Assembly (NCBI GenBank): GCA_963796955.1
Contig: CAWCNJ010000008.1
Location: 448,001 to 512,000 of the forward strand
DNA: 64,000 bases
From: Endomicrobiales bacterium
GTDB taxonomy: Bacteria; Elusimicrobiota; Endomicrobiia; Endomicrobiales; JALOBY01
Direction of reading: 5' to 3'
The notes beneath the pieces were generated by a model. It had not been told where the DNA came from, made no database searches, and saw only the letters and a list, made by a program, of their open reading frames with translations. Shown piece by piece: positions 40,701 through 50,286 of the stretch (positions are counted from its first letter, which is position 1; the number at the start of each line of letters is the position of its first letter). A program made the translations under genes and the position numbers.

Positions 40701-40878
40701 CGGCAAGGACCTTGCCAAGATCCAGGCCAGCGGCGCCGAAGAATCCAAAGGCTTCGGCTACGTAGAACCCTACCAAAAACTCCTCTGGAGAGCCTTCATC
40801 CTGGGCCTCGTCCCATTCCTACTACTGCTCTACGGCCTGCGCCGCACCAAAAAGCGCCGCTCAAAAAATATGCTATAA
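37734..40878 (+). CDS. Tandem (double) GldG-family protein, with an apparent 1-nt insertion frameshift at about 38052-38055
   Basis: ORF 37734-38063 joins the frame of ORF 38287-40878 via ...VVYP/EDNPQVAR...KPFMAVYG with no stops; two DL(G/T)xGxxxSLS modules. Confidence 0.75.
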
Positions 40879-40910
40879 TTCCATGATAAGCATCATAGGG
40901 GAACACCGCA

Positions 40911-41207
40911 ATGGGCACAAAAATTAGAAACAGTGCGAAATGGAAGATCGCAAAGAGAATGTCTTCCTATTTGAAAAGAACCTACAATGTCAGATCAGTA
41001 AGGGTGTTTGGAAGCCTTGCGAATGACAACATTGGCTTGTTTTCCGATATAGACATAGCCGTTGACGGCCTTAAGGATAGATATTTCTACAAAGCCTACG
41101 CCCATATATCAGAATTAGCCGGAGACATTCCCGTTGACCTCGTAGACATAAAAGATTGCGAATCAAAACTAAGAATCTCCATAGAGAAAACAGGCGTGGA
41201 AATATAA
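40911..41207 (+). CDS. MNT nucleotidyltransferase antitoxin
   Basis: VFGSL...SDIDIAV...VDLVD. Confidence 0.85.
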   Translation: MGTKIRNSAKWKIAKRMSSYLKRTYNVRSVRVFGSLANDNIGLFSDIDIAVDGLKDRYFYKAYAHISELAGDIPVDLVDIKDCESKLRISIEKTGVEI

Positions 41208-41208
41208 C

Positions 41209-41575
41209 GTGCTTAATAATGAAATTATCGCAACTAAAATAGAAACCGAGCTGGAGAATATTAAAAGACTTCAGCAGAACATATTCACACATATCCCAGG
41301 CAACGTTGACAAGAAGATACCACTGGGAGTAGGCTGGCACAAATCCCTGGTTGAACAGATGCAGCGCTCCCGTTAAAAATTTACGCAGTGCTGTTATATC
41401 GAAACAAACAAAAAGTTCCTTAGACGAATACAGAGCCTTCCGCCATGTGGTACGAAATGTATATGCCTTCAATCTTAACCCCGCAAAAATTAAACCGCTG
41501 GTAGCGAATCTAACTAATATCACAAAAATGCTTGAAAAAAACCTAAAGAAAATAAGACTATATATAACCGAATAA
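41209..41575 (+). pseudogene. HepT-like HEPN RNase toxin, frameshifted and apparently internally deleted
   Basis: GTG frame reads ...IPLGVGWHKSLVEQM, then shifts to SAPVKNLRSAVIS...LDEYRAFRHVVRNVY. Confidence 0.7.
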
Positions 41576-41630
41576 GCACAAAGGACTCGATAGTGACCTG
41601 GGGTGAGCTTACCGTTTAAAAACCAATATC

Positions 41631-41664
41631 AAGGCCACACCGTCACCCGACGGGGTGGCCTTTT
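41631..41664 (+). terminator. Intrinsic terminator-like hairpin
   Basis: AAGGCCAC-CCGTC...GACGG-GTGGCCTT followed by TT. Confidence 0.6.
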
Positions 41665-41748
41665 GGAATAAAAAGTGGACATAAGATACATTTAGTCTCA
41701 ATAATGTTTATGAGAATCGATTGTTGAGGCACTTACGGAGGTAGTTTA

Positions 41749-42228
41749 ATGAAGAAATTGTTGGACAGCATTAAGGGTGTTACTCTTCAGGATATTACGA
41801 ATATGATACTCATTGCAGGTGTGTTTGTTGCACTTTGGCAACTTAAATATTCAACGACCATCGATTCAGCGAGACTGATGATTGATTTTAATAATCAGCT
41901 TAGAAATTGCGAACATAATTACTGCAAAATACTGAATGCAATAGACAATGATCTGCCATTGTTGAAACCAAAAGGTGAATTTAACGATATTGATATAGAC
42001 AACTTTTTGGTTGAATGGGAGCTTCTTAATCAGCTGAGAGAAAAAAGACTGATTTCAGATGATATGTCTTATGATGCGTTTTCTTATGAAGTTGAAAGAA
42101 CTTGGCGTAATAAAGAGATCCAGAATTATATCGCTCAGAACCGCCAAAAAGACAAGGATCCTAGTCTTTATGTGGGTGTTCAAGAGTTAGCTCAATATTA
42201 TTCCAAGTTTGATAAAATTGGAAAATAA
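41749..42228 (+). CDS. AT-rich hypothetical protein with one N-terminal TM helix (DUF4760-like)
   Basis: SD GGAGG; single hydrophobic helix followed by a helical soluble domain. Confidence 0.6.
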   Translation: MKKLLDSIKGVTLQDITNMILIAGVFVALWQLKYSTTIDSARLMIDFNNQLRNCEHNYCKILNAIDNDLPLLKPKGEFNDIDIDNFLVEWELLNQLREKRLISDDMSYDAFSYEVERTWRNKEIQNYIAQNRQKDKDPSLYVGVQELAQYYSKFDKIGK

Positions 42229-42404
42229 TTGGGATATGGGTGATGAGTCAACTCGACAACTTGGTTGCCGATGGAAACGATGAAAGATCAAGACAATATC
42301 TATATTCTGTCAAATTTAATAAGACGTATTCGATGAGCTCTTAACAATTTCGCATTCGACATTAACCAGCTAACTGTATTACAATATATCACAGGAGGTG
42401 GATT

Positions 42405-42599
42405 ATGAGAAACGTGGTGTCTATCAGTCTGCCGGATGTATTGGTTAAGGAACTTAAAACGGAAAGTAAACTGGAACAAACCAGCGTCAGTGATGTGGTA
42501 AGAAAATCCGTCAAAAACTATCTTTTTAAGGCTAAGTTTGACCGTGTACGCAAACGGGCGCAAATGCAATTGGCCAAAAACGGTGTCAGCTTTAAATAA
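42405..42599 (+). CDS. CopG/RHH-family antitoxin-like protein, probably truncated
   Basis: SD AGGAGG; VVSISLP...SVSDVVRKSV ribbon-helix-helix pattern. Confidence 0.7.
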   Translation: MRNVVSISLPDVLVKELKTESKLEQTSVSDVVRKSVKNYLFKAKFDRVRKRAQMQLAKNGVSFK

Positions 42600-42693
42600 T
42601 CGTCACAAGGCGACAAAGACTACAACCCCCAAAAGCTGACCCCAATCTACCGGTACTTCATATATCACTTTAAATATGGTATACTACGCGTGA

Positions 42694-43941
42694 ATGGAAC
42701 GTGCAATTCTCGTTAGTGTACAACTTCAAAATACCTCCGACCAACAGGCGCAGGAATCATTGGAAGAACTGGCCAGGCTTACTGAAACGGCCGGGGCGGT
42801 GCCGGTTGAGTTAGTGGTGCAAAAACGAAAGGCTATAGACGCGGCGTATTATATCGGTTGCGGCAAGGCTGTTGAGCTTGCGGAACACGCAAAAGAAACC
42901 GGCATTAAAACAATAATTTTTGACGAAGACTTGCGGCCCAGCCAGCAGAAGAACCTGGAAGAGCTGTTCAGCGCTAAAATAATAGACCGGTCACGGTTGA
43001 TCCTTGATATTTTTGCTTCACGGGCGCGCACGAAAGAAGGTATTTTGCAGGTTGAGCGCGCGCAGCTGGCGTACTATAAGCCGCGCATTACCGCCAGATT
43101 CGGGCGCTTTGAGCAGCAGACCGGCGGTATCGGCACCCGCGGGCCCGGCGAGAGGAAACTTGAAGTTGACCTGCGCCGCATACGCGACCAGATAGTGGAG
43201 CTGGACCGCCAGATTGACCAGATAAAAGAACACCGTGATGTTGTGCGGTCTAAAAGAATAGAGTCGGGCGAGTTGACTGTTGCGATAGCAGGTTATACTA
43301 ACGCCGGTAAATCCACACTGCTTAACACGCTTTCGGGAACTGAATCCGTTTACGCCGACGATAAGCTTTTCGCCACGCTGGACCCGACTACCCGCCGCAT
43401 AAAATTGCCTAACAAACGGTCGGTATTATTTACCGATACGGTAGGCTTCATACGCAAGCTGCCGCACGACCTGGTAGCGGCCTTCCGCGCGACGCTGGAA
43501 GAGATATCGCAGGCCGATTGCATACTGCATCTTGTGGACGTTTCGCACCCTGAATATAAACATCAGATAACGGTCGTTGACGGCGTTTTGAAAGAACTGA
43601 ACGCGCAGCATATACCCACACTGCTGGTTTATAACAAGGCCGATGCCTTGTCGCGCACTACCCGCAGCGCGCTGCTGAGAAAGGACAACGTACTGCTGAT
43701 CTCGGCAAAGACCGGCGAAGGTATACCGCAGCTTATGGCGGCATTAGAAAAGATCCTGGTGCCGAAACTGGCGAAGCATACCGTAACGCTGGATCACGGG
43801 CAGGACAAACTTATATCAAAGCTGTTCGCACAATCCATCGTGAAGAAACAGGTCTATACGGCAGACAAGGTTACGTTAAGCCTTTATTGCACACCTGAGC
43901 AGTGGAAAAAAGTTCAGGCGCTTATCTGGAGAGCATCGTGA
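42694..43941 (+). CDS. hflX: Ribosome-splitting GTPase HflX
   Basis: GTRGPGE, GYTNAGKST, LFATLDPT and DTVGFI. Confidence 0.97.
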   Translation: MERAILVSVQLQNTSDQQAQESLEELARLTETAGAVPVELVVQKRKAIDAAYYIGCGKAVELAEHAKETGIKTIIFDEDLRPSQQKNLEELFSAKIIDRSRLILDIFASRARTKEGILQVERAQLAYYKPRITARFGRFEQQTGGIGTRGPGERKLEVDLRRIRDQIVELDRQIDQIKEHRDVVRSKRIESGELTVAIAGYTNAGKSTLLNTLSGTESVYADDKLFATLDPTTRRIKLPNKRSVLFTDTVGFIRKLPHDLVAAFRATLEEISQADCILHLVDVSHPEYKHQITVVDGVLKELNAQHIPTLLVYNKADALSRTTRSALLRKDNVLLISAKTGEGIPQLMAALEKILVPKLAKHTVTLDHGQDKLISKLFAQSIVKKQVYTADKVTLSLYCTPEQWKKVQALIWRAS

Positions 43942-44459
43942 CACTTGCAAACCAAATAACATTACTGCGCATCATATTGATACCGGTCTTCATTATCTCA
44001 CTCATTGAAGGCAGCCATGTGTGGCCTGTGGTGATATTCACCTTCACGATAATCACGGACGCCATCGATGGCTTTGTAGCACGCAGGCGAAATGAAAAAA
44101 CCAAGCTGGGATCGTTCCTGGACCCGCTCGCCGACAAGATGCTGATGTTCGCCTCATTTATATCCCTGGTTTATCTAAAGGTAATACCCCTGTGGGTATT
44201 TGTGCTTACCATAAGCCGCGACGTGGTAATACTTGCCGGCTGGTTGATAATATATTTTATTACCGACTCACTTGAGATAAAACCGCGCCCGCTTGGAAAA
44301 ATAACCACCATCATACAAATGTGCACGATCTGGTTCATACTTATCGGCGTTCAGCCCGTTGTGCAAATCTCGCTTCTCTATCTTACCGCCGCTGTTACGG
44401 CGATCTCCGGCATTGACTATATTATAGTCGGTTCCAAAAAAGTGGGTCTAAACTCTTGA
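43938..44459 (+). CDS. pgsA: CDP-alcohol phosphatidyltransferase
   Basis: ANQITLLR and DAIDGFVARR...GSFLDPLADK. Confidence 0.85.
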   Translation: MTLANQITLLRIILIPVFIISLIEGSHVWPVVIFTFTIITDAIDGFVARRRNEKTKLGSFLDPLADKMLMFASFISLVYLKVIPLWVFVLTISRDVVILAGWLIIYFITDSLEIKPRPLGKITTIIQMCTIWFILIGVQPVVQISLLYLTAAVTAISGIDYIIVGSKKVGLNS

Positions 44460-45859
44460 ACACATTCACCGTCGCGATACTGGGCCGTCCTAACGTCGGC
44501 AAATCAACTATCTTTAACCGCGTGATCGGGCAAAACCGGGCGCTGGTGCACCACACTCCCGGCACAACCCGGGACCGCAACGAACACCTGGTAACGCACG
44601 GCGGCAAAAACTTTACCCTGGTAGACACGGGCGGCTGGGCGGACGATTCTTCAGTGTTTTCTCCCGCGGTGCGGGGCCAGATGGAAACGGCCATGAAACA
44701 GGCAGACCTTATCCTTTTCACGGTGGACGCTAAAACCGGCCCCACTAATCTGGACAACGATCTTTTCCGCCTGCTAAAGAAACAGAACAAGCCGATCGTA
44801 TTAGTCGTCAACAAGATTGACGCGCCCTCCGACGAATACCGGCTCGCCGAATTTTATAAGTATGGCATCAGCGAGGAAGTTACCGTCTCGGCAGTACACG
44901 GCACCAATTTCCAAAAGCTGTTGGACACGGTAGCCCGTTACGTTCCCGCGGGCCTGCCGGAAGAAGCCGCCCCTAAAAAAGAATCGGCGATCAAGATAAT
45001 TCTCTGCGGCAAACCAAACGTCGGGAAATCCTCCCTGATCAACGCGCTGATAAACGAAGAACGTGTTATCGTCGACAGCCGCCCCGGCACTACCCGGGAA
45101 GCCATTGATGTTCGTCTTGAAAAAGACGGTCATAAGTACGTAATCACGGATACCCCCGGCCTGCACCGCCGTCATAAATTCACCACCGATATGGAATATC
45201 TCATGGCGCTCTCCACCCGAAAGGCCGTGGAACACGCTGACGTCGCCGTGTTGTTAATGGATGCCACACAGGAGATCGGCGAGACGGAATCGCGCATAGC
45301 CCAGATCATTCTGGAAAGCGGCAGGGCCTGCGTTATCGCTATGAACAAGTGGGATGCCGTTATAGACCGGGAAGCCGCGACAAAATTCATACGCAGGGAA
45401 CTTGAGCTGAAAATGCCGTTCTTGGCTTACGTAAAATTGTTATATGTTTCGGCGAAAGAAGGTCTAAGGCTGGACCGTATTCTGGATGAAGTCCGGGCCG
45501 CAAAAGAAGAACACGGCAAGACCGTGGCGCAGGATGAGCTGAACGAAGTCATCCGTACCGCACAGAGCAGGCGTATATTGTCGCGCATGGGAAAACACCT
45601 GATAATCCAAAAGACCGAGCAGATAGGCCACAATCCGCCCGCATTTGTATTTGTGGTAAACAACCGGGAACTGGTGCATTTCTCATACGAACGATACCTT
45701 GAGAACTGCATCCGTGAGAAATTCGGCTTTGCCGGCACACCGATAATGTTAAAGTTCAGGAGCGGCAAACGCGGCGGACCTAACGCTGATAAACCCCTAA
45801 AGACACAAAGCGGCAAGGCCAAGGCATTTAAATCCGACAGCCGCAAGAAAAAACACTAG
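44456..45859 (+). CDS. der: Ribosome biogenesis double GTPase Der/EngA
   Basis: Two G domains (GRPNVGKS, GKPNVGKS) and a KH-like tail FGFAGTP. Confidence 0.97.
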   Translation: MNTFTVAILGRPNVGKSTIFNRVIGQNRALVHHTPGTTRDRNEHLVTHGGKNFTLVDTGGWADDSSVFSPAVRGQMETAMKQADLILFTVDAKTGPTNLDNDLFRLLKKQNKPIVLVVNKIDAPSDEYRLAEFYKYGISEEVTVSAVHGTNFQKLLDTVARYVPAGLPEEAAPKKESAIKIILCGKPNVGKSSLINALINEERVIVDSRPGTTREAIDVRLEKDGHKYVITDTPGLHRRHKFTTDMEYLMALSTRKAVEHADVAVLLMDATQEIGETESRIAQIILESGRACVIAMNKWDAVIDREAATKFIRRELELKMPFLAYVKLLYVSAKEGLRLDRILDEVRAAKEEHGKTVAQDELNEVIRTAQSRRILSRMGKHLIIQKTEQIGHNPPAFVFVVNNRELVHFSYERYLENCIREKFGFAGTPIMLKFRSGKRGGPNADKPLKTQSGKAKAFKSDSRKKKH

Positions 45860-45861
45860 TC

Positions 45862-46467
45862 ATGAAATATATAATTTATTTCGTTTGCTCTTATGTATTC
45901 GGTTCGATACCGTTCAGCTGGCTGATAGCAAAATTCTGCAAAGGCATAGACCTGCGGGAACATGGTTCCGGCAATCCCGGCGCGACGAACGTTACCCGCA
46001 CCTGCGGCGTCGGCCTTGGAAGAGTTGCTTTCGCGCTTGACCTTGCCAAAGGCATGCTGCCGGTCCTGTTGGCGCGCCAATTCCTGACGCACGATGCCGC
46101 ACCGCTTATAGCCATAGGCGTCTGCGCTATCGCCGGTCATATGTGGACGATCTTCCTTAAATTCAAAGGCGGCAAAGGCGTTGCCACTTCGGCTGGCGTA
46201 TTCTTCGGCTTATTACCGTTACCGACGGCGTTAGCTCTCGCACTGTTTAGCGTTGTCTTCCTCATATGGCGTATGATATCGCTGGCATCGATCGTAGCCG
46301 CCCTGTCGCTTCCCGTGATCGCGATACTCACTCATCAAAATACGGCTTTCACCGTTTTTGGAGCGCTCATCGCGGTTTTCATAGTAATCAAACACATGCC
46401 CAACATTAAACGCATCCTCGCGGGCACTGAACAAAAATGGACGAAAGAACAAGGAACCGCTAAATGA
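45862..46467 (+). CDS. plsY: Glycerol-3-phosphate acyltransferase
   Basis: GSGNPGATN, FKGGKGVATS and KHMPNIKRI. Confidence 0.96.
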   Translation: MKYIIYFVCSYVFGSIPFSWLIAKFCKGIDLREHGSGNPGATNVTRTCGVGLGRVAFALDLAKGMLPVLLARQFLTHDAAPLIAIGVCAIAGHMWTIFLKFKGGKGVATSAGVFFGLLPLPTALALALFSVVFLIWRMISLASIVAALSLPVIAILTHQNTAFTVFGALIAVFIVIKHMPNIKRILAGTEQKWTKEQGTAK

Positions 46468-47495
46468 AAAAAACGATAGCTGTTTTAGGCGCAGGCTCCT
46501 GGGGCCTTACCCTGGCAGAGCTGCTCAACAACAACGGCCATGCCGTGACCGTTTGGGAATATAATGCCGACGCTGCCGCGCGTCTTGAGCGCGAAAGAAG
46601 CCTTTCATTTTTTCCGCAATTAAAGCTGCATACGGACATTTCAGTGACCGCCGATATCGCCGCTGCCTGCGCTGAAAAAGATTTCATTTTACTGGTGGTA
46701 CCTTCTCACGCATTTCGGGCCACGATCCAGGCTTTGAAACGGAGCGGCGCCGACACCTCCAAATCGGTCTTTGTCTCCGCTACCAAAGGCATCGAGAACG
46801 ATTCCCTTAAACGCATGTCGCAAATAATCGCCGAAGAGATCCCTGATGCGGCGCGACGCATCGTAGTGCTCTCTGGCCCCACGCACGCCGAAGAAGTTCA
46901 GGCACGGATACCCACCGCCGCGACGCTTGCTTCTATAAATAGTAAAACGGCCGAAGCCGCCAGAGAGATACTGTCTACCTCCTATTTCCGCCTGTATACC
47001 CATAACGATGTTATCGGTGTTGAGACGGGGGCCGCGCTTAAGAATATTTTAGCTATCGCATCCGGTATTTGCGACGGGCTTGGCCTTGGCGACAACACAA
47101 AGGCCGCGCTGGTTACCCGCGGCCTTAGAGAGATGGTAAAGCTCGGTGTTACCATGGGCGGCCAACCGACAACCTTTTTCGGTCTCACCGGTCTTGGAGA
47201 CCTGATAGTAACGTGTTTTTCTAAACACTCGCGCAACCGCGCAATGGGTGAAAAACTTGGCAGGGGCGAGAAAGCTTCTGATGCTGAACGTGAACTGATA
47301 ATGGTCGCTGAAGGGGTTAAGACTTCCAGGTCCGCTTATGACCTTGCCAAGAAATATCAGTTGGACCTGCCAATAATCAACGAGGTTTACCGGGTACTCT
47401 ACGAAGGCAAAGACCCTAAGGAAGCGGTGCAGGGGTTGATGAGCCGCGAATCCAAACCCGAAAGCATGCCCGGCGTTGACGGATTAGTATTGTAA
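46464..47495 (+). CDS. gpsA: NAD(P)H-dependent glycerol-3-phosphate dehydrogenase
   Basis: GAGSWG, SGPTHAEE, ALKN and GDLIVTC..SRNR. Confidence 0.96.
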   Translation: MKKTIAVLGAGSWGLTLAELLNNNGHAVTVWEYNADAAARLERERSLSFFPQLKLHTDISVTADIAAACAEKDFILLVVPSHAFRATIQALKRSGADTSKSVFVSATKGIENDSLKRMSQIIAEEIPDAARRIVVLSGPTHAEEVQARIPTAATLASINSKTAEAAREILSTSYFRLYTHNDVIGVETGAALKNILAIASGICDGLGLGDNTKAALVTRGLREMVKLGVTMGGQPTTFFGLTGLGDLIVTCFSKHSRNRAMGEKLGRGEKASDAERELIMVAEGVKTSRSAYDLAKKYQLDLPIINEVYRVLYEGKDPKEAVQGLMSRESKPESMPGVDGLVL

Positions 47496-47528
47496 TATAA
47501 AGTCCCGAAGTTGATTTCCGGGGGAACG

Positions 47529-47786
47529 ATGAACAAAAAAGGTCTTATAACAGCTTTAACAAAAGTGCTCAGCACCAAAAAAGAGGCGCGGGACGCGGTT
47601 GAAACCCTTTTCGCCACGATCAGGCAGGAATTGCGCCTTGGCAGAAAAGTGATAGTATCGGGCTTTGGCAGTTTTCAACCACACGTGACCCGCGCAAAAC
47701 GCGGCAGGAACCCGGCCACCGGTGAAAAGCTGCATATTCAACCAAGAAAGAAAGTAAGGTTCCGCCAGGCAAAAGACTTATTCTAG
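47529..47786 (+). CDS. HU/IHF-family DNA-binding protein
   Basis: SGFGSF...GRNPATGE; ihfA-merR-tRNAPro-like arrangement. Confidence 0.92.
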   Translation: MNKKGLITALTKVLSTKKEARDAVETLFATIRQELRLGRKVIVSGFGSFQPHVTRAKRGRNPATGEKLHIQPRKKVRFRQAKDLF

Positions 47787-47859
47787 TCTTAATTTGCCGA
47801 CGATTTCCTTGACAGATACCGGCCACTTTGGTAACATGTGATGAATCTGAGGGAACAAC

Positions 47860-48225
47860 ATGGTAGATACGCCCCCTATTCCCGATAAAGAATACTTTTC
47901 CATCGGTGAAGTAAGCCGTATAACGCAGTCGCCGCCATACGTGCTTCGCTACTGGGAAAGTGAGTTCAAAAGCCTGCGGCCGCCTCGCAGAAGCTCGGGT
48001 CAGAGAAAATATACACGCAGAGAGATCGAACTGGTCTTTCGTATACGCGAACTGTTGTACGAGAAGAAATACACGATAGCAGGCGCAAAAAAGACGATCC
48101 TTGGCGACAAACGCAAAAAGCCTGAAACACAATTGCACTTTCAAATGGGTCCGATCATAGACCCGAATGTCATAATAGAAGTAAAACGAGAGCTGGAAGA
48201 GATCCTTAAAACGTTAAAAGCTTAA
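47860..48225 (+). CDS. MerR-family transcriptional regulator
   Basis: IPDKEYFSIGEV, VLRYWESEF and YTIAGAK. Confidence 0.9.
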   Translation: MVDTPPIPDKEYFSIGEVSRITQSPPYVLRYWESEFKSLRPPRRSSGQRKYTRREIELVFRIRELLYEKKYTIAGAKKTILGDKRKKPETQLHFQMGPIIDPNVIIEVKRELEEILKTLKA

Positions 48226-48251
48226 AACAAGAACAAGACCCCATGATTTAT

Positions 48252-48325
48252 CGGGGCGTAGCGTAGTTGGCTAGCGCACTCCCTTGGGGTGGGAGAGGTC
48301 GGCGGTTCAAGTCCGCCCGCCCCGA
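48252..48325 (+). tRNA. tRNA-Pro(GGG), CCA not encoded
   Basis: Acceptor CGGGGCG/CGCCCCG, anticodon arm CTCCC-TTGGGGT-GGGAG, T loop TTCAAGT. Confidence 0.95.
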
Positions 48326-48335
48326 TGTCAGTTAA

Positions 48336-48367
48336 CAGCCCGTAAATTTTAACAAATTTACGGGCTG
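48336..48367. terminator. Perfect 14-bp hairpin after tRNA-Pro
   Basis: CAGCCCGTAAATTT-TAAC-AAATTTACGGGCTG; weak U tract. Confidence 0.55.
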
Positions 48368-48390
48368 AGGTTTAATTAAAGGTAAAAATC

Positions 48391-48756
48391 ATGAGATGGT
48401 TCCTTAGATCAAAGATACATAAAGCTACGGTAACCCAGGCTGAAATAGCCTACACCGGCAGCATAACCATAGATTCCGCACTGCTCGAAATAGTAGGATT
48501 ACTGGAAGGGGAGAAAGTGCTCGTCTCCAGTATCACCAGCGGCGCGCGCCTGGAAACCTACATCATCCCCGGCCCCAAAGATTCCGGCGTTATCTGCATG
48601 AACGGTGCCGCCGCCCACTTAATTAAAGCCGGTGAAGTAATAATCATCATGGGCTTCGAACTCTCCGACACCCCCGTCCAACCCAAAAATATCCTCGTAG
48701 ACCACAAAAACCATTTCGTAAAATATCTGCAGAACACGCCTACAGAAAAGGCCTAG
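48391..48756 (+). CDS. panD: Aspartate 1-decarboxylase
   Basis: SKIHKATVT, YTG/SITID cleavage site and NGAAAH. Confidence 0.95.
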   Translation: MRWFLRSKIHKATVTQAEIAYTGSITIDSALLEIVGLLEGEKVLVSSITSGARLETYIIPGPKDSGVICMNGAAAHLIKAGEVIIIMGFELSDTPVQPKNILVDHKNHFVKYLQNTPTEKA

Positions 48757-48810
48757 TTAAACTTGTTTAAGTTATTGAGCACCAGGAAGATTGACCAAAC
48801 ACAACAACTG

Positions 48811-49491
48811 ATGGTGGGGGATATAGTTGTTGAGGTGACAAGGAAGCAGGTGCGGCGGTTAAGGCTTTGCGTTGCGCCGCCGCTGGGCCTTGCGCGGATA
48901 GCGGCACCGCTGTTTATCAGCGACAATGTCATCAGGGCGTTCGCTCTGTCAAAGATCGCCTGGATAAAAAAACACCAACTCAAATTTGCCGGGATGGCGG
49001 TAGAATCTCCCAAACAGTATACCTCGCAGGAAACGCACTCCTACCTCGGAAAGACATATACGCTGCTGGTTGAAGAACAAGCAGGCAGACAAGGCGCACG
49101 TTGTGAGGATAACAAAATAATCATTCGGGCGAGGCCGCAAGCCGGAATGAATGCGCGAAAAGAAATACTGTATAGTTGGTACCGCGATAACCTGAAAAAA
49201 TTGTACCCGGCCATCGTCGACCGATATGAACGCTTAATGAAGGTTTCGGTCAATGAAGTCGGCATTAAGAAGATGAAGACCCGGTGGGGCACATGCAACA
49301 GGGTCTCAGCCAGGATATGGTTGAACCTTGAACTTGCCAGGCAGCCGCTGGAAAACATAGAATACATTATAGTTCACGAAATGGTGCATCTGTTGGAACG
49401 CGGCCATAACAAAAGATTCTATTCATTAATGGACGAGTACCTGCCGGGCTGGCGCCAGTGCAAGCATAGCTTGCACACCACAAGATTATAA
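48811..49491 (+). CDS. YgjP/SprT-like (DUF45) zinc metalloprotease; start uncertain
   Basis: MKTRWGTC and YIIVHEMVHL..GH. Confidence 0.88.
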   Translation: MVGDIVVEVTRKQVRRLRLCVAPPLGLARIAAPLFISDNVIRAFALSKIAWIKKHQLKFAGMAVESPKQYTSQETHSYLGKTYTLLVEEQAGRQGARCEDNKIIIRARPQAGMNARKEILYSWYRDNLKKLYPAIVDRYERLMKVSVNEVGIKKMKTRWGTCNRVSARIWLNLELARQPLENIEYIIVHEMVHLLERGHNKRFYSLMDEYLPGWRQCKHSLHTTRL

Positions 49492-49522
49492 TAATCTGAC
49501 ACAACTAATAGGAAGGTGTTTA

Positions 49523-50197
49523 GTGAGCAGGGCGATCGAGAGCAAAGAAGAATTCGATAAAATACTTAAGGAACAGCCGCGCGTGTTCGTACTGTTTTAC
49601 GCTTCATGGTGCCCTTACTGCAGGGCCTTCCTTCCTGTTTTCGAGGAACGAACAGCCGGGGATGAAACCGATTTTTGCCGCGTCTCAACGGCACAACTGC
49701 CTGAGTGCGAAGATAGTTTCGCGATAGAAGTATTGCCGACTGTGATATACTTCGAATCCGGGAAAGAACGTGAACGCCTGAAGGGCACGAGGGGCAAAGG
49801 GCTTACGGCAGAAGAACTTTCCGCTTTTCTCGGTTCCTGCCGGGACTCCGGTGAACCAACTTTGCCGCCTGCGAGCCAGGCGCAAAAAAAATGCCCTTTC
49901 TGCGCCGAGATGATCCAGCCCGCGGCTATCAAGTGCCGTTTTTGCGGAGAGTTCCTTACGCCGCGAACCGGGACAAAGTGGTATAGCAAAACATCTTTCA
50001 TTGTCACAGCATTTTTAATGGTGGGGCCCCTGGCGCTGCCTCTGATATGGATACACCCCGGGTTAAGTAAAACAAAAAAGATAATTATCACCGTTGTACT
50101 AGCGGGTGTCTCATATTTCGTTATCGTACAACTAATCACCTCCATAAGAACCATTACCTCGTATTACAAAACCCTTAACTCTTTCTCAATTCAATAA
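49523..50197 (+). CDS. Thioredoxin fused to a zinc ribbon and two TM segments
   Basis: WCPYC, then CPFCAE..AIKCRFC, then hydrophobic helices. Confidence 0.75.
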   Translation: MSRAIESKEEFDKILKEQPRVFVLFYASWCPYCRAFLPVFEERTAGDETDFCRVSTAQLPECEDSFAIEVLPTVIYFESGKERERLKGTRGKGLTAEELSAFLGSCRDSGEPTLPPASQAQKKCPFCAEMIQPAAIKCRFCGEFLTPRTGTKWYSKTSFIVTAFLMVGPLALPLIWIHPGLSKTKKIIITVVLAGVSYFVIVQLITSIRTITSYYKTLNSFSIQ

Positions 50198-50286
50198 AAA
50201 GAAATCGGTCAGTACGCGGCATTGATTTCCGTTCTTGGAAATGACAAAATCAAAACACGTAAAATATTCCTAAAGGAGAATTCGCA

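Noticed and set aside
41588..41599. 12-nt match CGATAGTGACCT to the IS right inverted repeat (7913-7924, reverse complement)
   Set aside because: Single short match with no partner repeat, target duplication or transposase remnant; may be chance
42238..42290. TGATGAG...GAAA resembling a hammerhead ribozyme core
   Set aside because: Lacks the C of CUGAUGA, and stem II is not followed directly by GAAA
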